DNA of 64,000 nucleotides from Acidimicrobiales bacterium (GTDB lineage Bacteria; Actinomycetota; Acidimicrobiia; Acidimicrobiales; SZUA-35). Position numbers and translations under genes: made by a program. The stretch lies in the NCBI GenBank assembly GCA_965224435.1, contig OZ245048.1, positions 2,850,182 to 2,914,181 on the forward strand, read 5' to 3'. Below, one piece after another: positions 37,224-46,886 of the stretch (within the stretch, counting starts at the first letter, position 1; the number at the start of each line of letters is the position of its first letter). Under the pieces are notes generated by a model. The model was not told the DNA's origin. It did no database searches and saw only the letters and a list, made by a program, of their open reading frames with translations.

Positions 37224-40200
37224 CTTGCTTCCGGCCAGATCGTGTCAAGGAAGGTCAGGAGATCGGGGGCAATCGACGACTTCTTTCGCAGACCAACCTG
37301 GACCTGCCCGCCCTCGTCTCCATATTCTTCAGACTTCCAAAGCCCCTTGGGGAACAAGCGCTCAAACCGGATCTCTTGGCTCGCCTTCATACTCACCGGC
37401 CCGAGCTTGGCAATCCATTCGGGTCCACCAAAACCTGGACCCTTGACTACCACTGCATCGCGAATGCCAAGGCGGGAGCACGCCGCCCGAAGCAGGGCAA
37501 CTTCCAGAAGCCGTTCCGCCACTTCAGGAATTTTGCCGTAGCGATCCTTCCACTCAAGTCGGATGTCTTCGACCTCAGAAACTGAACTTACGGTTGCTAG
37601 TCGGCGATACGCCTCCAGCCTCTGCGCCTCCGAGCTGACATAGTCAGCGGGGATATTGGCATCGATCGGTAAGTCGATCTTGATCTCGGCTACCTCTTCG
37701 GCCACCGTGCCATTGAGCTCGGCCACCGCTTCGGTCACAAGCTGACAATACAAGTCGTAGCCAACAGCCGCGATATGGCCAGTCTGGCCGACCCCCAACA
37801 GATTGCCAGCCCCTCGGATCTCTAGGTCTCGCATAGCGATCTTGAAGCCTGACCCAAGGGCGGTGGCCTCGCCAATGGTCTTCAACCGCTCATACGCCTC
37901 TTCGGACAGGGAGGCGTCCGGACGAGTGAACAGATAGGCGTAGGCCCGCTGACCAGAACGGCCGACCCGTCCACGCAACTGGTGAAGCTGTCCGAGTCCA
38001 AGCAGCTCGGCTCGGTCGACAACCAGGGTGTTCACCGTTGGCATGTCGATGCCGGACTCGATGATGGTGGTGCATACCAGGACGTCGTACTCACCCTCCC
38101 AGAAGTCCAGTACAACCTTTTCTAGTGTGCCCTCGTCCATCTGGCCGTGAGCAATGGCAATGCGGGCCTCAGGCACGAGGTCACGAAGCTCATTGGCCAC
38201 CTTCTCAATGCTCTGCACCCGGTTATGGACATAGAAGACCTGACCTTCTCGGAGGAGTTCGCGTCGGATGGCCTCGGCCACCGCCCGATCGTCATACTCG
38301 CCGACATAGGTCAGGATCGGCTGACGATCAGCTGGTGGCGTGTTCAGCAACGACAGATCCCGAATTCCGGTCAGGCTCATCTCCAGAGTTCTCGGAATTG
38401 GCGTCGCCGTCAGAGTCAAGACGTCAACATTGGCTTTGAACTGCTTGATTGCTTCCTTGTGCGAAACCCCGAAACGTTGCTCTTCATCAACAACGAGTAG
38501 CCCGAGCTTCGGCAATTTCACGTCTTGGGAAAGCAAGCGATGGGTGCCAATGAGCACGTCAACTTCGCCGGCTTCGGTGGCGGCAACGACGGCCCGCTGT
38601 TGTTTCGCTGTGAGGAAGCGGCTGAGAACCTCAACCCGAACGGGGTAGGGAGCGTAGCGATCACTGAAGGTCTGGAAGTGTTGTTGAGCCAGCAAGGTTG
38701 TCGGCACCAAGATGGCAACCTGTTTGCCTGCTTGGACCGCCTTGAACGCGGCCTGAACCGCAATTTCCGTCTTGCCAAATCCGACGTCGCCGACCACCAG
38801 CCGATCCATCGGTACTGGCCGTTCCATGTCTTCGCCAATACTGGCAATGGAGGAGGCTTGGTCAGGCGTCAACTCAAATGGGAAGGCTCCAGCGAGCTCT
38901 CGTTGCCAGGGAGTGTCTGACGGGAATGCGTATCCCTCAGCCGCCATCCGCTGCTGATACAAAACGACGAGTTCTTGGGCAATCTCCTCGACCGCGCTGC
39001 GAACCTTGGCCTTGGACTTCGCAAAGTCGCTGCCGCCCAGGCGATGGAGGGAAGGAGAGTCGCCACCGGTGTAGGGCCGGATCAGGTCAATCTGGTCTGA
39101 TGGAACGTAGAGCTTGTCGTTACCGCGGTATTCCAGCATGAGGTAGTCACGCTCATGACCACCAATAGCGCGGGTGACCATGCCGGCAAACTTGCCAACC
39201 CCGTGCTGGTGGTGAACAACCAGGCTGCCAACTCGAAGGTCATCAAAGAACCCTTCGCTCTGGCGCTTGCGTGGCCGGACCTTGCGGTGAGCCCGACGAC
39301 GCCCGGTCAGCTCGGCCTCGGTCAAGATGGCAATGCCGACCGACGGAAGCACAACTCCTCGCTCGACCGAGGTGACGACCAGATGGGCTCCTGGCCCAAA
39401 CTCTTCAGGAACCAGATGACCGTGATCTTCTGGATGGAGCCCCCACTCGGACAAGAGCTCCATCACTCGACTGGCTGAGCCTTCACCATCGGCGGTCACA
39501 ATCAGCCGGGCACCATCAGACAGCAGCTGGTGCAGGCGGTTGGACAATGCCTCGCCGGGGGCATCCCACCCCGAAGCATCAAGTACGGCGACGTCAGGAT
39601 TCTCCGGAGTGGCCGACACCGAGATGATTGGTGCTCCTGTCTTGGCCAGCAGGCGATCGAATGGGAGATGGAGTCGAGGGAATTCGGCGTGCTCTTCTCC
39701 TTCGACGGCTGCTCCCCACGTCTTGGCCAATGTCTCGGCCAGGTCCGCTTCTTCTGCCATCAGATCCGCGCCCCGGGCGCGCATACGTCGTGGCTCAATC
39801 AAAACAACCAGAGCATCATCTTGAAGGAGGTCAGGCATGACACGTTCTTCGGGGCTCAGCCAAGGCAGCCACGACTCCATGCCATCGAACTGCTCACCTC
39901 GGGCCAACCGCTCCCATTGCTCACGGCCCCAGGGCTCCTCCGCGACAAGAGCGGCCGCACGTTCTTGAATCTCTTGGGTTGGCAGGAGCTCACGGCAAGG
40001 AAAGATTTCGGTGTCAGCAATATCGATGGTCGAGCGCTGATCAGAGGCACTGAACTCAGTCAATCGGTCGACTTCATCACCCCACAGGTCGATGCGGATC
40101 GGACCATCGGCGGTGGAGGGGAAAACATCAACGATCGAACCTCGGATGGCGACCTCGCCGCGATGTTCGACCTGAGCCTCGCGTCGATAGCCGCTATTGA

Positions 40201-40666
40201 CCAGATCGGCGATCAAAGACTGGGGATCGATCTGATCACCAACCCCAACGATGATTGGGTCAACTTCTTCAACATGGGGGCCAAGTCGTTGAACCAGCGC
40301 ACGGGCCGGGGCAACCACCACTCGGGGGCACTTCTCGGCGTCTTGCAGATGCCAGAGGGTTCGAAGTCGCTGACCCATCGCTTCGGTCGACGGGCTCACT
40401 CGTTCGAAGGGCAGGGTCTCCCAGGCCGGAAAGGACAAGACTTCGTCTTCCCCCAGGTACAAGGAAAGGTCATTGACCAGCCGATTGGCCTCGGCCGTGG
40501 TTGGCACCGCAACCAGCACTGGCCGACGTTCTGACCCTTCAGCCAGCGCAGCAATAGCGAGTGCCCGAGCCGGCTCTGGCATGGCAAGGACGGTCACGGC
40601 ACGACCGATCACCCGCTCAAGAGCAGGATCACTTGCCAACAGTTGCGGGAGACGACGAAAACTCAC
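37220..40666 (-). CDS. mfd: Transcription-repair coupling factor
   Basis: 1148 aa. UvrB-like N-terminus, RecG-like SF2 helicase core (DEEQRFGV, TATPIPRTL) and a C-terminal TRCF domain. Confidence 0.95.
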   Translation of the reverse strand: MSFRRLPQLLASDPALERVIGRAVTVLAMPEPARALAIAALAEGSERRPVLVAVPTTAEANRLVNDLSLYLGEDEVLSFPAWETLPFERVSPSTEAMGQRLRTLWHLQDAEKCPRVVVAPARALVQRLGPHVEEVDPIIVGVGDQIDPQSLIADLVNSGYRREAQVEHRGEVAIRGSIVDVFPSTADGPIRIDLWGDEVDRLTEFSASDQRSTIDIADTEIFPCRELLPTQEIQERAAALVAEEPWGREQWERLARGEQFDGMESWLPWLSPEERVMPDLLQDDALVVLIEPRRMRARGADLMAEEADLAETLAKTWGAAVEGEEHAEFPRLHLPFDRLLAKTGAPIISVSATPENPDVAVLDASGWDAPGEALSNRLHQLLSDGARLIVTADGEGSASRVMELLSEWGLHPEDHGHLVPEEFGPGAHLVVTSVERGVVLPSVGIAILTEAELTGRRRAHRKVRPRKRQSEGFFDDLRVGSLVVHHQHGVGKFAGMVTRAIGGHERDYLMLEYRGNDKLYVPSDQIDLIRPYTGGDSPSLHRLGGSDFAKSKAKVRSAVEEIAQELVVLYQQRMAAEGYAFPSDTPWQRELAGAFPFELTPDQASSIASIGEDMERPVPMDRLVVGDVGFGKTEIAVQAAFKAVQAGKQVAILVPTTLLAQQHFQTFSDRYAPYPVRVEVLSRFLTAKQQRAVVAATEAGEVDVLIGTHRLLSQDVKLPKLGLLVVDEEQRFGVSHKEAIKQFKANVDVLTLTATPIPRTLEMSLTGIRDLSLLNTPPADRQPILTYVGEYDDRAVAEAIRRELLREGQVFYVHNRVQSIEKVANELRDLVPEARIAIAHGQMDEGTLEKVVLDFWEGEYDVLVCTTIIESGIDMPTVNTLVVDRAELLGLGQLHQLRGRVGRSGQRAYAYLFTRPDASLSEEAYERLKTIGEATALGSGFKIAMRDLEIRGAGNLLGVGQTGHIAAVGYDLYCQLVTEAVAELNGTVAEEVAEIKIDLPIDANIPADYVSSEAQRLEAYRRLATVSSVSEVEDIRLEWKDRYGKIPEVAERLLEVALLRAACSRLGIRDAVVVKGPGFGGPEWIAKLGPVSMKASQEIRFERLFPKGLWKSEEYGDEGGQVQVGLRKKSSIAPDLLTFLDTIWPEAS

Positions 40667-40724
40667 TGGCTCAGGCTAAAGGGAACTACCGCCGGATTGT
40701 CGGCCTCCCCTAGGGGGACGCAGT

Positions 40725-41345
40725 TCAGTGCGAGAGAGTCCCTCGGACCCAACGAAATCCCTCGAAGCTCATGCTCAGCATCCAACCCCCGACGACACCA
40801 AGAGTGATGCCCAAGACATTGGCAATCAGGTCCTGATAGCTGGAGGCCCGGCTGCTCGAGAGTATGGGTTGTACAAACTCGACCCCGGCGGAAATCGCAG
40901 ACAGACTGGCGATGAGAAAGAGGCCACTGTCGCGGCGCCCAATGGCAAACCAGCCGAGAAGCCCTGCCAACGACCACATCAAGAAGTGACCAACAGCATC
41001 GAATCGCCAAGGAATGTCACCCCGACTAATCAAGTCCATACCAGCCTGGGCCTCGACCGCTCGAGCGAACCACAGGCCACGAGCGGAGGTGAAACCTGGG
41101 GCCCGGTCACTGAATGACAGGCCGGCAACAACAAGAGCAAAACCCAGGAACCCCAAACGGAACGTCCACCGAAAGGCGAATTGCAGGGTTCGACTGAACC
41201 CATCAGCGACACGAGTGAATAATCGCGGTCGGGAACGGTTTGAGTTGCGCCTTGATCGACGTCGCTTGCTACTGGCAGTCACGAGTCCCAGCTTAGGTAC
41301 AATGCGGACCGCGTTGGGCGCGCCCCGTTGAGTGCTTGTACCCAC
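40725..41345 (-). CDS. VanZ-family membrane protein
   Basis: 206 aa. Basic N-terminus followed by 4-5 TM segments (GHFLMWSLAGLLGWFAIG). Confidence 0.55.
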   Translation of the reverse strand: MGTSTQRGAPNAVRIVPKLGLVTASSKRRRSRRNSNRSRPRLFTRVADGFSRTLQFAFRWTFRLGFLGFALVVAGLSFSDRAPGFTSARGLWFARAVEAQAGMDLISRGDIPWRFDAVGHFLMWSLAGLLGWFAIGRRDSGLFLIASLSAISAGVEFVQPILSSSRASSYQDLIANVLGITLGVVGGWMLSMSFEGFRWVRGTLSH

Positions 41346-41404
41346 ACCCGGCTCGTGATCTAGTTCGCAAGCCTCAGCTAACAGTGTGAGCGGGCCTGTT
41401 TTGA

Positions 41405-41441
41405 GCTAGACGGTTTTAGCTAGACGGTTTTAGCTAGACAG
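41405..41441. repeat. Tandem repeat of a 14-bp unit gctagacggtttta, x2.6
   Basis: Direct reading. The last copy carries the pth stop codon (cta at 41434-41436). Confidence 0.85.
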
Positions 41442-42065
41442 CATCCGGGCGACGATTGACCACATTCATGGTTGCGTCAAGACCTTGGGCCAACAAGAGT
41501 TCAACTGCGTCAGCAGCTTCTTCAACGGCGTGGTCAAGGACCTGTCGGTCAGCCTTGGACGGGCGCCGAAGCACCCAATCGCGCCCGGCCTGGGAAGCCG
41601 GAGGCTTGCCAACACCGATACGTAGACGGATGTAGTCAGTGGTGCCTAGGTGCTGGGTGATGGAGCGCAAGCGTTGTGGCCAGCGAGTCCACCGCCACCC
41701 TTCATCTTCAGACGCCCAGGTTCCAGATCCAACTCGTCATGAACAACGATCAGTTGCTCGCCATCTTCGATGCCGTAGCGACGAGTAAGAATCCGGACAG
41801 ACTCACCCGAGTTGTTCATGAACGTCAAGGGAAAAGCAACGGCGAGACGCTTGCCATCTACTCGCAGTTCGGCTGCCAGGGCGCGTTCCTTGCCCTTGCT
41901 GAGCTTCTGGCCGTGGCGCTTGGCCAGGCAAGAAACAACGTCGGCACCAATATTGTGACGCGTATTTTCGAACTCAGGACCGGGATTACCTAGACCAACA
42001 AGAAGGAGGTCGGCTGGAGTGCCGCGACGCTTTGGTTCACCCGGTGGGCGAGGCAACCGCGACAC
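41434..42065 (-). pseudogene. pth: Peptidyl-tRNA hydrolase interrupted by a 1-nt frameshift (two ORF fragments, 41646..42065 and 41434..41670)
   Basis: Fragment 1 ends ...GGGGLAGHNACAPSPST*. Fragment 2 (RSITQHLGTTDYIRLRIGVGKPP) continues in the -1 frame. Inserting one C/G at about 41672 restores the canonical Pth motif GHNGLRSI. Confidence 0.8.
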
Positions 42066-42074
42066 GTCCTGTAC

Positions 42075-42746
<672 letters not shown>

Positions 42747-42812
42747 GATGATCCTTGAGAAACGAATTCTGCCCTAGACGCGGGCAGACGCAGACGGGAC
42801 AGACTATCGGGA

Positions 42813-43796
42813 TTAGTTCTGGTTGTGGCCGTCGAAGATCTGACTTACTGAGGATTCTTCGAATACAGCCTTGATGGTCTCAGCGATGATGGGAGCGACC
42901 GACAGAACCTCAAGCTTGTCAAACTGCTTGGCAGGTGGCAAGGGCAGGGTGTCGGTGACGATGACCTGCTCCATGACCGACTGATCGAGACGCTCAACCG
43001 CTGGTCCACTGAACACGGCGTGGGTCGCAGCACAGACAACAGACTTGGCGCCTCGCTCCATGAGTAGCTCGGCGGCTGAGCAGATGGTGCCAGCGGTATC
43101 GATCATGTCGTCGATCAGCACACAGTCTCGACCTTCTACCTCACCAACAACGTCCTTGGCTTCAACCGCGTTCTTCATGCCCTTGACTCGGCGCTTGTGC
43201 ACGATGGCGAGGTCGGCGTTGAGTTTCTGGGTATAGCGCTCGGCCACCTTGACTCGGCCAGCGTCAGGCGAGACAACGACGAGGTTCTCGCCTTTGGTTT
43301 CCCTCAGGTACTTGACCAGAACCGGCATGGCCGTCAGGTGGTCGACCGGGCCGCTGAAGAACCCCTGGATTTGTCCGGAGTGCAGATCGACCGAAAGCAG
43401 ACGGGATGCTCCGGCCGCCTTGAACAGATCGGCCATGAGGCGAGCGGTGATTGGCTCACGTCCTTCGGACTTTCGATCCTGCCTGGCGTAGCCATAGAAA
43501 GGCATGACCGCGGTGATGCGCTTGGCCGATGCTCGACGAGCGGCATCGACCATGATGAGGTGCTCCATGATGGAGTCGTTCAGCGTTGCTCCATCGATGG
43601 TCGAGTGACTCTGGATGATGAAGACGTCCGAACCACGAATCGACTCGGAGAACCGGCAATGGGTTTCGCCGTTTGCGAATTGGGCCAGGTGTGATTCGGT
43701 GATCTCTACGCCCAACTCAGTAGCAACATCTTGCGCCAGCTTGAAGTTGTGCCGACCCGCGAAGAGGTGCAGCTTCTTGGTTGTGACAGCTTCCAT
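42813..43796 (-). CDS. prs: Ribose-phosphate pyrophosphokinase (PRPP synthetase)
   Basis: 327 aa with a PRPP-binding loop (VLIDDMIDTAGTI). Confidence 0.95.
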   Translation of the reverse strand: MEAVTTKKLHLFAGRHNFKLAQDVATELGVEITESHLAQFANGETHCRFSESIRGSDVFIIQSHSTIDGATLNDSIMEHLIMVDAARRASAKRITAVMPFYGYARQDRKSEGREPITARLMADLFKAAGASRLLSVDLHSGQIQGFFSGPVDHLTAMPVLVKYLRETKGENLVVVSPDAGRVKVAERYTQKLNADLAIVHKRRVKGMKNAVEAKDVVGEVEGRDCVLIDDMIDTAGTICSAAELLMERGAKSVVCAATHAVFSGPAVERLDQSVMEQVIVTDTLPLPPAKQFDKLEVLSVAPIIAETIKAVFEESSVSQIFDGHNQN

Positions 43797-43922
43797 GTGA
43801 TTCCCCTGAAGTGTGCACGAGTTCTCGCCGACTCTGGCCTGACACCAACGCCGTTCGTGGCGCCGGGAGCAGCATAGGGGGACGAGTGGATGACGCCACT
43901 AAGGATTTGTTAGCTCCCGGGG

Positions 43923-43995
43923 TTGGATTCGAACCAACGACGACCGGATTCAAAGTCCGGCGTTCTGCCAGCTGAACTACCCGGGAAGGATGAGC
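43923..43995 (-). tRNA. glnU: tRNA-Gln (anticodon TTG)
   Basis: Folded by hand from the minus strand: 7-bp acceptor TCCCGGG/CCCGGGA with U1:A72 and G73 discriminator, D arm GTTC-AGCTGGCA-GAAC, anticodon stem CCGGA/TCCGG with loop CTTTGAA (anticodon TTG), T arm GTTGG-TTCGAAT-CCAAC. 73 nt, no encoded CCA. Confidence 0.8.
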
Positions 43996-44148
43996 CACAA
44001 CACTATCGGAGACGTGGAACCAATTTGGCGAATAAATGGGTGAATAATCGGGAACGAATATTCTGGAACATCCGGCCGGAACAAACTTCTCAGAGGTAAT
44101 TGCCCGGCGCGTTGGAGCCACTCAGTCAGCCGCTAACCTTTCGCCTCT

Positions 44149-44247
44149 ATGGGATCGCTGATTAAGAAGCGCCGCAAGCGCATGCGTAAGAAGAAGCACC
44201 GCAAACTCCTGAAGAGGACTCGTGTGCAACGTCGCAACAAGAAGTAG
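44149..44247 (+). CDS. Ribosomal micro-protein bS22 (actinobacterial 32-33 aa basic peptide)
   Basis: Below the ORF-track cutoff. MGSLIKKRRKRMRKKKHRKLLKRTRVQRRNKK closely resembles mycobacterial bS22. It is followed by a hairpin terminator. Confidence 0.7.
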   Translation: MGSLIKKRRKRMRKKKHRKLLKRTRVQRRNKK

Positions 44248-44267
44248 GCATCAAAAAGAGGACTGAA

Positions 44268-44287
44268 GACTGGAGCACGCTCCAGTC
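44268..44287 (+). terminator. Intrinsic terminator-like hairpin after the bS22 gene
   Basis: gactggag-cacg-ctccagtc (8-bp stem) followed by the T-rich ctcatcttctgatgttc. Confidence 0.5.
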
Positions 44288-44301
44288 TCATCTTCTGATG
44301 T

Positions 44302-45087
44302 TCAATCTGCCGGAGACCACCCCGCTGGGGTGGTCTTTGTCGTTACCCGACCTGGGCCCGGAAAGTGTCCTCGCACGAACCAGGTCGAGCCGCTGCCAGC
44401 CAGCACCGGTTCTTGGCCTGTCGCTTCGGCCAATCCCTCCCGCCACTGTTTCAGCTCGGGGGCGACCATGATGGCGGCAGCTTCAAGGTCATTGCTCCCG
44501 TCTGGGTTAGAAGGGCCTCCAAGTTCGTCCCAAGCCTGGTAGACCAAGGGAGTCGAGCAGGCTATTGGTGGAGTAACCAGGGTGAAGTCAAGCGGGAGAA
44601 ACTCCAGCGGGGTGACAAATTCACCAATGCCAGCGACGTTGGCTCTACCGCCAGCAAGACAGAAGGCAACATCAGCACCAAGACTGGCGGCCTGATCAAG
44701 GTCATTCTGTTTCTGAGGATCGAACCCAGCCCAACGCAGGATTGCGCCCGCATCCGAGGACCCTCCGCCGAGCCCGGCCTGGGAAGGAATACGTTTCGTC
44801 AACCTGACCGCTCCGGTCCTTCCTGCCAGTGCCATCGCTCGGTTAACCAGGTTCGTTGGGCCCGTTGGGATGTCGGCCTCTCCCCCATCTACATTCAGGC
44901 CAGACCCACCCACGTCAATCTCCAGTGAGTCGTAGAGGTCGAGGGTCACCATTTCTGCCTCGATGAGATGAAGACCGTCTGGGCGGACGCCAACGACTCG
45001 AAGTCGGAGGGTGAGTTTGGCTGGTGCTACCAGTTTGATGATTGAGGCCACGATTAAGCAGGCTAGACGTTCGCCAGTTTGCCCCAC
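44302..45087 (-). CDS. ispE: 4-diphosphocytidyl-2-C-methyl-D-erythritol kinase
   Basis: IKLVAPAKLTLRLRVVGVRPDGLHLIEAEMVTLDLYD at the N-terminus, GHMP kinase motifs (GLGGGSSDAGAIL). The true start is probably near 45060, downstream of the ORF-track start. Confidence 0.85.
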   Translation of the reverse strand: MGQTGERLACLIVASIIKLVAPAKLTLRLRVVGVRPDGLHLIEAEMVTLDLYDSLEIDVGGSGLNVDGGEADIPTGPTNLVNRAMALAGRTGAVRLTKRIPSQAGLGGGSSDAGAILRWAGFDPQKQNDLDQAASLGADVAFCLAGGRANVAGIGEFVTPLEFLPLDFTLVTPPIACSTPLVYQAWDELGGPSNPDGSNDLEAAAIMVAPELKQWREGLAEATGQEPVLAGSGSTWFVRGHFPGPGRVTTKTTPAGWSPAD

Positions 45088-45908
45088 TCGGCTAGCCCCA
45101 GTGCTTCTGCCCGCTTTGTCGGGTCGATACCAGCTCCATCTATCTGATCGCTGGTCAGGAAGGCCGACAGGCTGCGCCGGATCATCTTGCGTCGCTGCCC
45201 AAACCCGGCGCGAACCAAGGCCATCAAACGATCGAAGTTGGCCTCCACCATTGGCTGGCGTCGCCGTTCAATACGGACCAGCACGGACTCAACCTTGGGC
45301 TTGGGAAAGAAAACCTGTGAAGAAACAGATCCAACAACTGTGGCCGATCCCCAGTATGAGGTGATAACCGATGGGATGCCGCAACCCTTTTCGCCAGGTT
45401 CGGCCGCCAGCCGTTCTCCAACTTCGGCCTGGACCATGACTAGGTATCGCTCCAGCTGGGGCACGCTGGGCAGCATTTCCAGGATCAAGGGTGTGCCAAC
45501 GTTGTAGGGCAGGTTGGCCACAACGCTCCATCTGTCTGACTGTTCTGCTTCGGGCTGGTCCGATTCGGCATGGTCTGCTTCCAGCTCAGCTTGCCAGTCG
45601 ACGGTCATGGCGTCGGCATGAAGAATGCGAACATCTCTCCCAGCCACGACTTCCTCCAGTGCTGGAATCAAGTAGCGGTCGATTTCAATGGCCAGAACCG
45701 ACGCACCAGCATCAGTCAAGCCGAGCGTGAGCGAGCCAAGTCCTGGCCCGATCTCGACCACCCGATCGCCAGGTTTCACCCCAGACAGGCGAACGATCTT
45801 GTCGATCGTTCCGGGATCACAAAGAAAGTTCTGTCCGAGGGCACGACTCGGAGAAAGGCCGTGCCTGTCCATCAGCTCACGCACGGCCGTTCGCGTTAAC
45901 AAGCTCAT
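45063..45908 (-). CDS. rsmA: 16S rRNA (adenine1518/1519-N6)-dimethyltransferase RsmA/KsgA
   Basis: 281 aa with a SAM-binding motif (VVEIGPGLGSLT) and NLPYNV. Confidence 0.9.
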   Translation of the reverse strand: MSLLTRTAVRELMDRHGLSPSRALGQNFLCDPGTIDKIVRLSGVKPGDRVVEIGPGLGSLTLGLTDAGASVLAIEIDRYLIPALEEVVAGRDVRILHADAMTVDWQAELEADHAESDQPEAEQSDRWSVVANLPYNVGTPLILEMLPSVPQLERYLVMVQAEVGERLAAEPGEKGCGIPSVITSYWGSATVVGSVSSQVFFPKPKVESVLVRIERRRQPMVEANFDRLMALVRAGFGQRRKMIRRSLSAFLTSDQIDGAGIDPTKRAEALGLAEWGKLANV

Positions 45909-45953
45909 GCCAGCATTGATGGCAAGTTCAAGGTCAGGGCCACCCAGCGAAAC

Positions 45954-46868
45954 CTAGCCTGCTGGCAGGTAGCGGCCGCAGTGCGGCCATGGGCTCGAAC
46001 CTCGACGATTCCACAGTTCCAAGGCCATCGCATCTTGATCGGCGGGGCTGGCCTGGCTTGGCAGCACCCCAATAAGGTCCGTGCGCCCCATAGAAGCGGC
46101 CAGACCATCCCAGGTGGCAACACCGAATTGATATGCACCGTGATACTTGCCCGACGGATTCACAATGGTGTAGCTGCCGCTAGCTTCGCACATTCGGAGT
46201 TGGGCCCACTGGTCTGGTGTCGGAGCGCCGGAGACTTCCGTCGGCGGCGGCGTCGTTGGCGTTGGAGCGCTCGTCGTTGTCGGCTCGGTTACTGGCGGTT
46301 CGGTGACCGGAGCGGGTTCCGTCGGTGGGACTGCGGTGGTGGCTGGCGAAGTTGGGGCCGGAGCCGCTGCTGGCGATGTCGTGGCTGGAGCGCTGGTTGC
46401 CGGTCGTGCCGTCGTCGTCGGCTCGGAGTCATCTGACTCGAAAGTCGTTGGAGCAGCGATCAGTGTTGTTGACGGAGACAGAGGCATTGCTTCACGTCGG
46501 TCCAGGTCGCTACCCGCAGAGCCTTCAGGAGCAACACTTTGCCCATAGGGCACCGCCACGCTCGCACCCGCTTGAAACAGGTCAGAGGATTGGGCCTCGT
46601 CGAACAGTGAACTACTGGTTGATTCATCAACCGAGGTTGATGCGGTCGAAGTCTCCGGCACGGCGACGGAAGCGGCCAGAATTTCGCCACTTCCCTCGGC
46701 TCCGCCAGTCATGAGAATGGGGATCGCCAAGAACGTCGACAGGATCGCTAAAACGATTCCTGTCGGACGAATGGATCGCGACCGCTCCAGAGGGAATGAC
46801 TGTGTGGTCGACACAGCTGAATTACGCACACCGAGACCGTAACGGGGCCCGTAACACAACCGCAACAT
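45954..46868 (-). CDS. Rpf-like transglycosylase-domain protein with a Pro/Thr/Ala-rich linker (resuscitation-promoting-factor-like)
   Basis: N-terminal TM segment, a PT-rich linker, and a C-terminal domain CEASGSYTIVNPSGKYHGAYQFGVATWDGLA...SPWPHCG resembling the Rpf transglycosylase-like fold. Position matches the mycobacterial rpfB-ksgA synteny. Confidence 0.6.
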   Translation of the reverse strand: MLRLCYGPRYGLGVRNSAVSTTQSFPLERSRSIRPTGIVLAILSTFLAIPILMTGGAEGSGEILAASVAVPETSTASTSVDESTSSSLFDEAQSSDLFQAGASVAVPYGQSVAPEGSAGSDLDRREAMPLSPSTTLIAAPTTFESDDSEPTTTARPATSAPATTSPAAAPAPTSPATTAVPPTEPAPVTEPPVTEPTTTSAPTPTTPPPTEVSGAPTPDQWAQLRMCEASGSYTIVNPSGKYHGAYQFGVATWDGLAASMGRTDLIGVLPSQASPADQDAMALELWNRRGSSPWPHCGRYLPAG

Positions 46869-46886
46869 CAGGCTGTGGCCGCTCGG

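Noticed and set aside
39530-40534. 334-aa plus-strand ORF antisense to mfd
   Set aside because: mfd is unambiguous on the opposite strand. Shadow ORF.
43717-44121. 134-aa minus-strand ORF
   Set aside because: It spans the tRNA-Gln gene and the bS22 promoter region, so coding is implausible.
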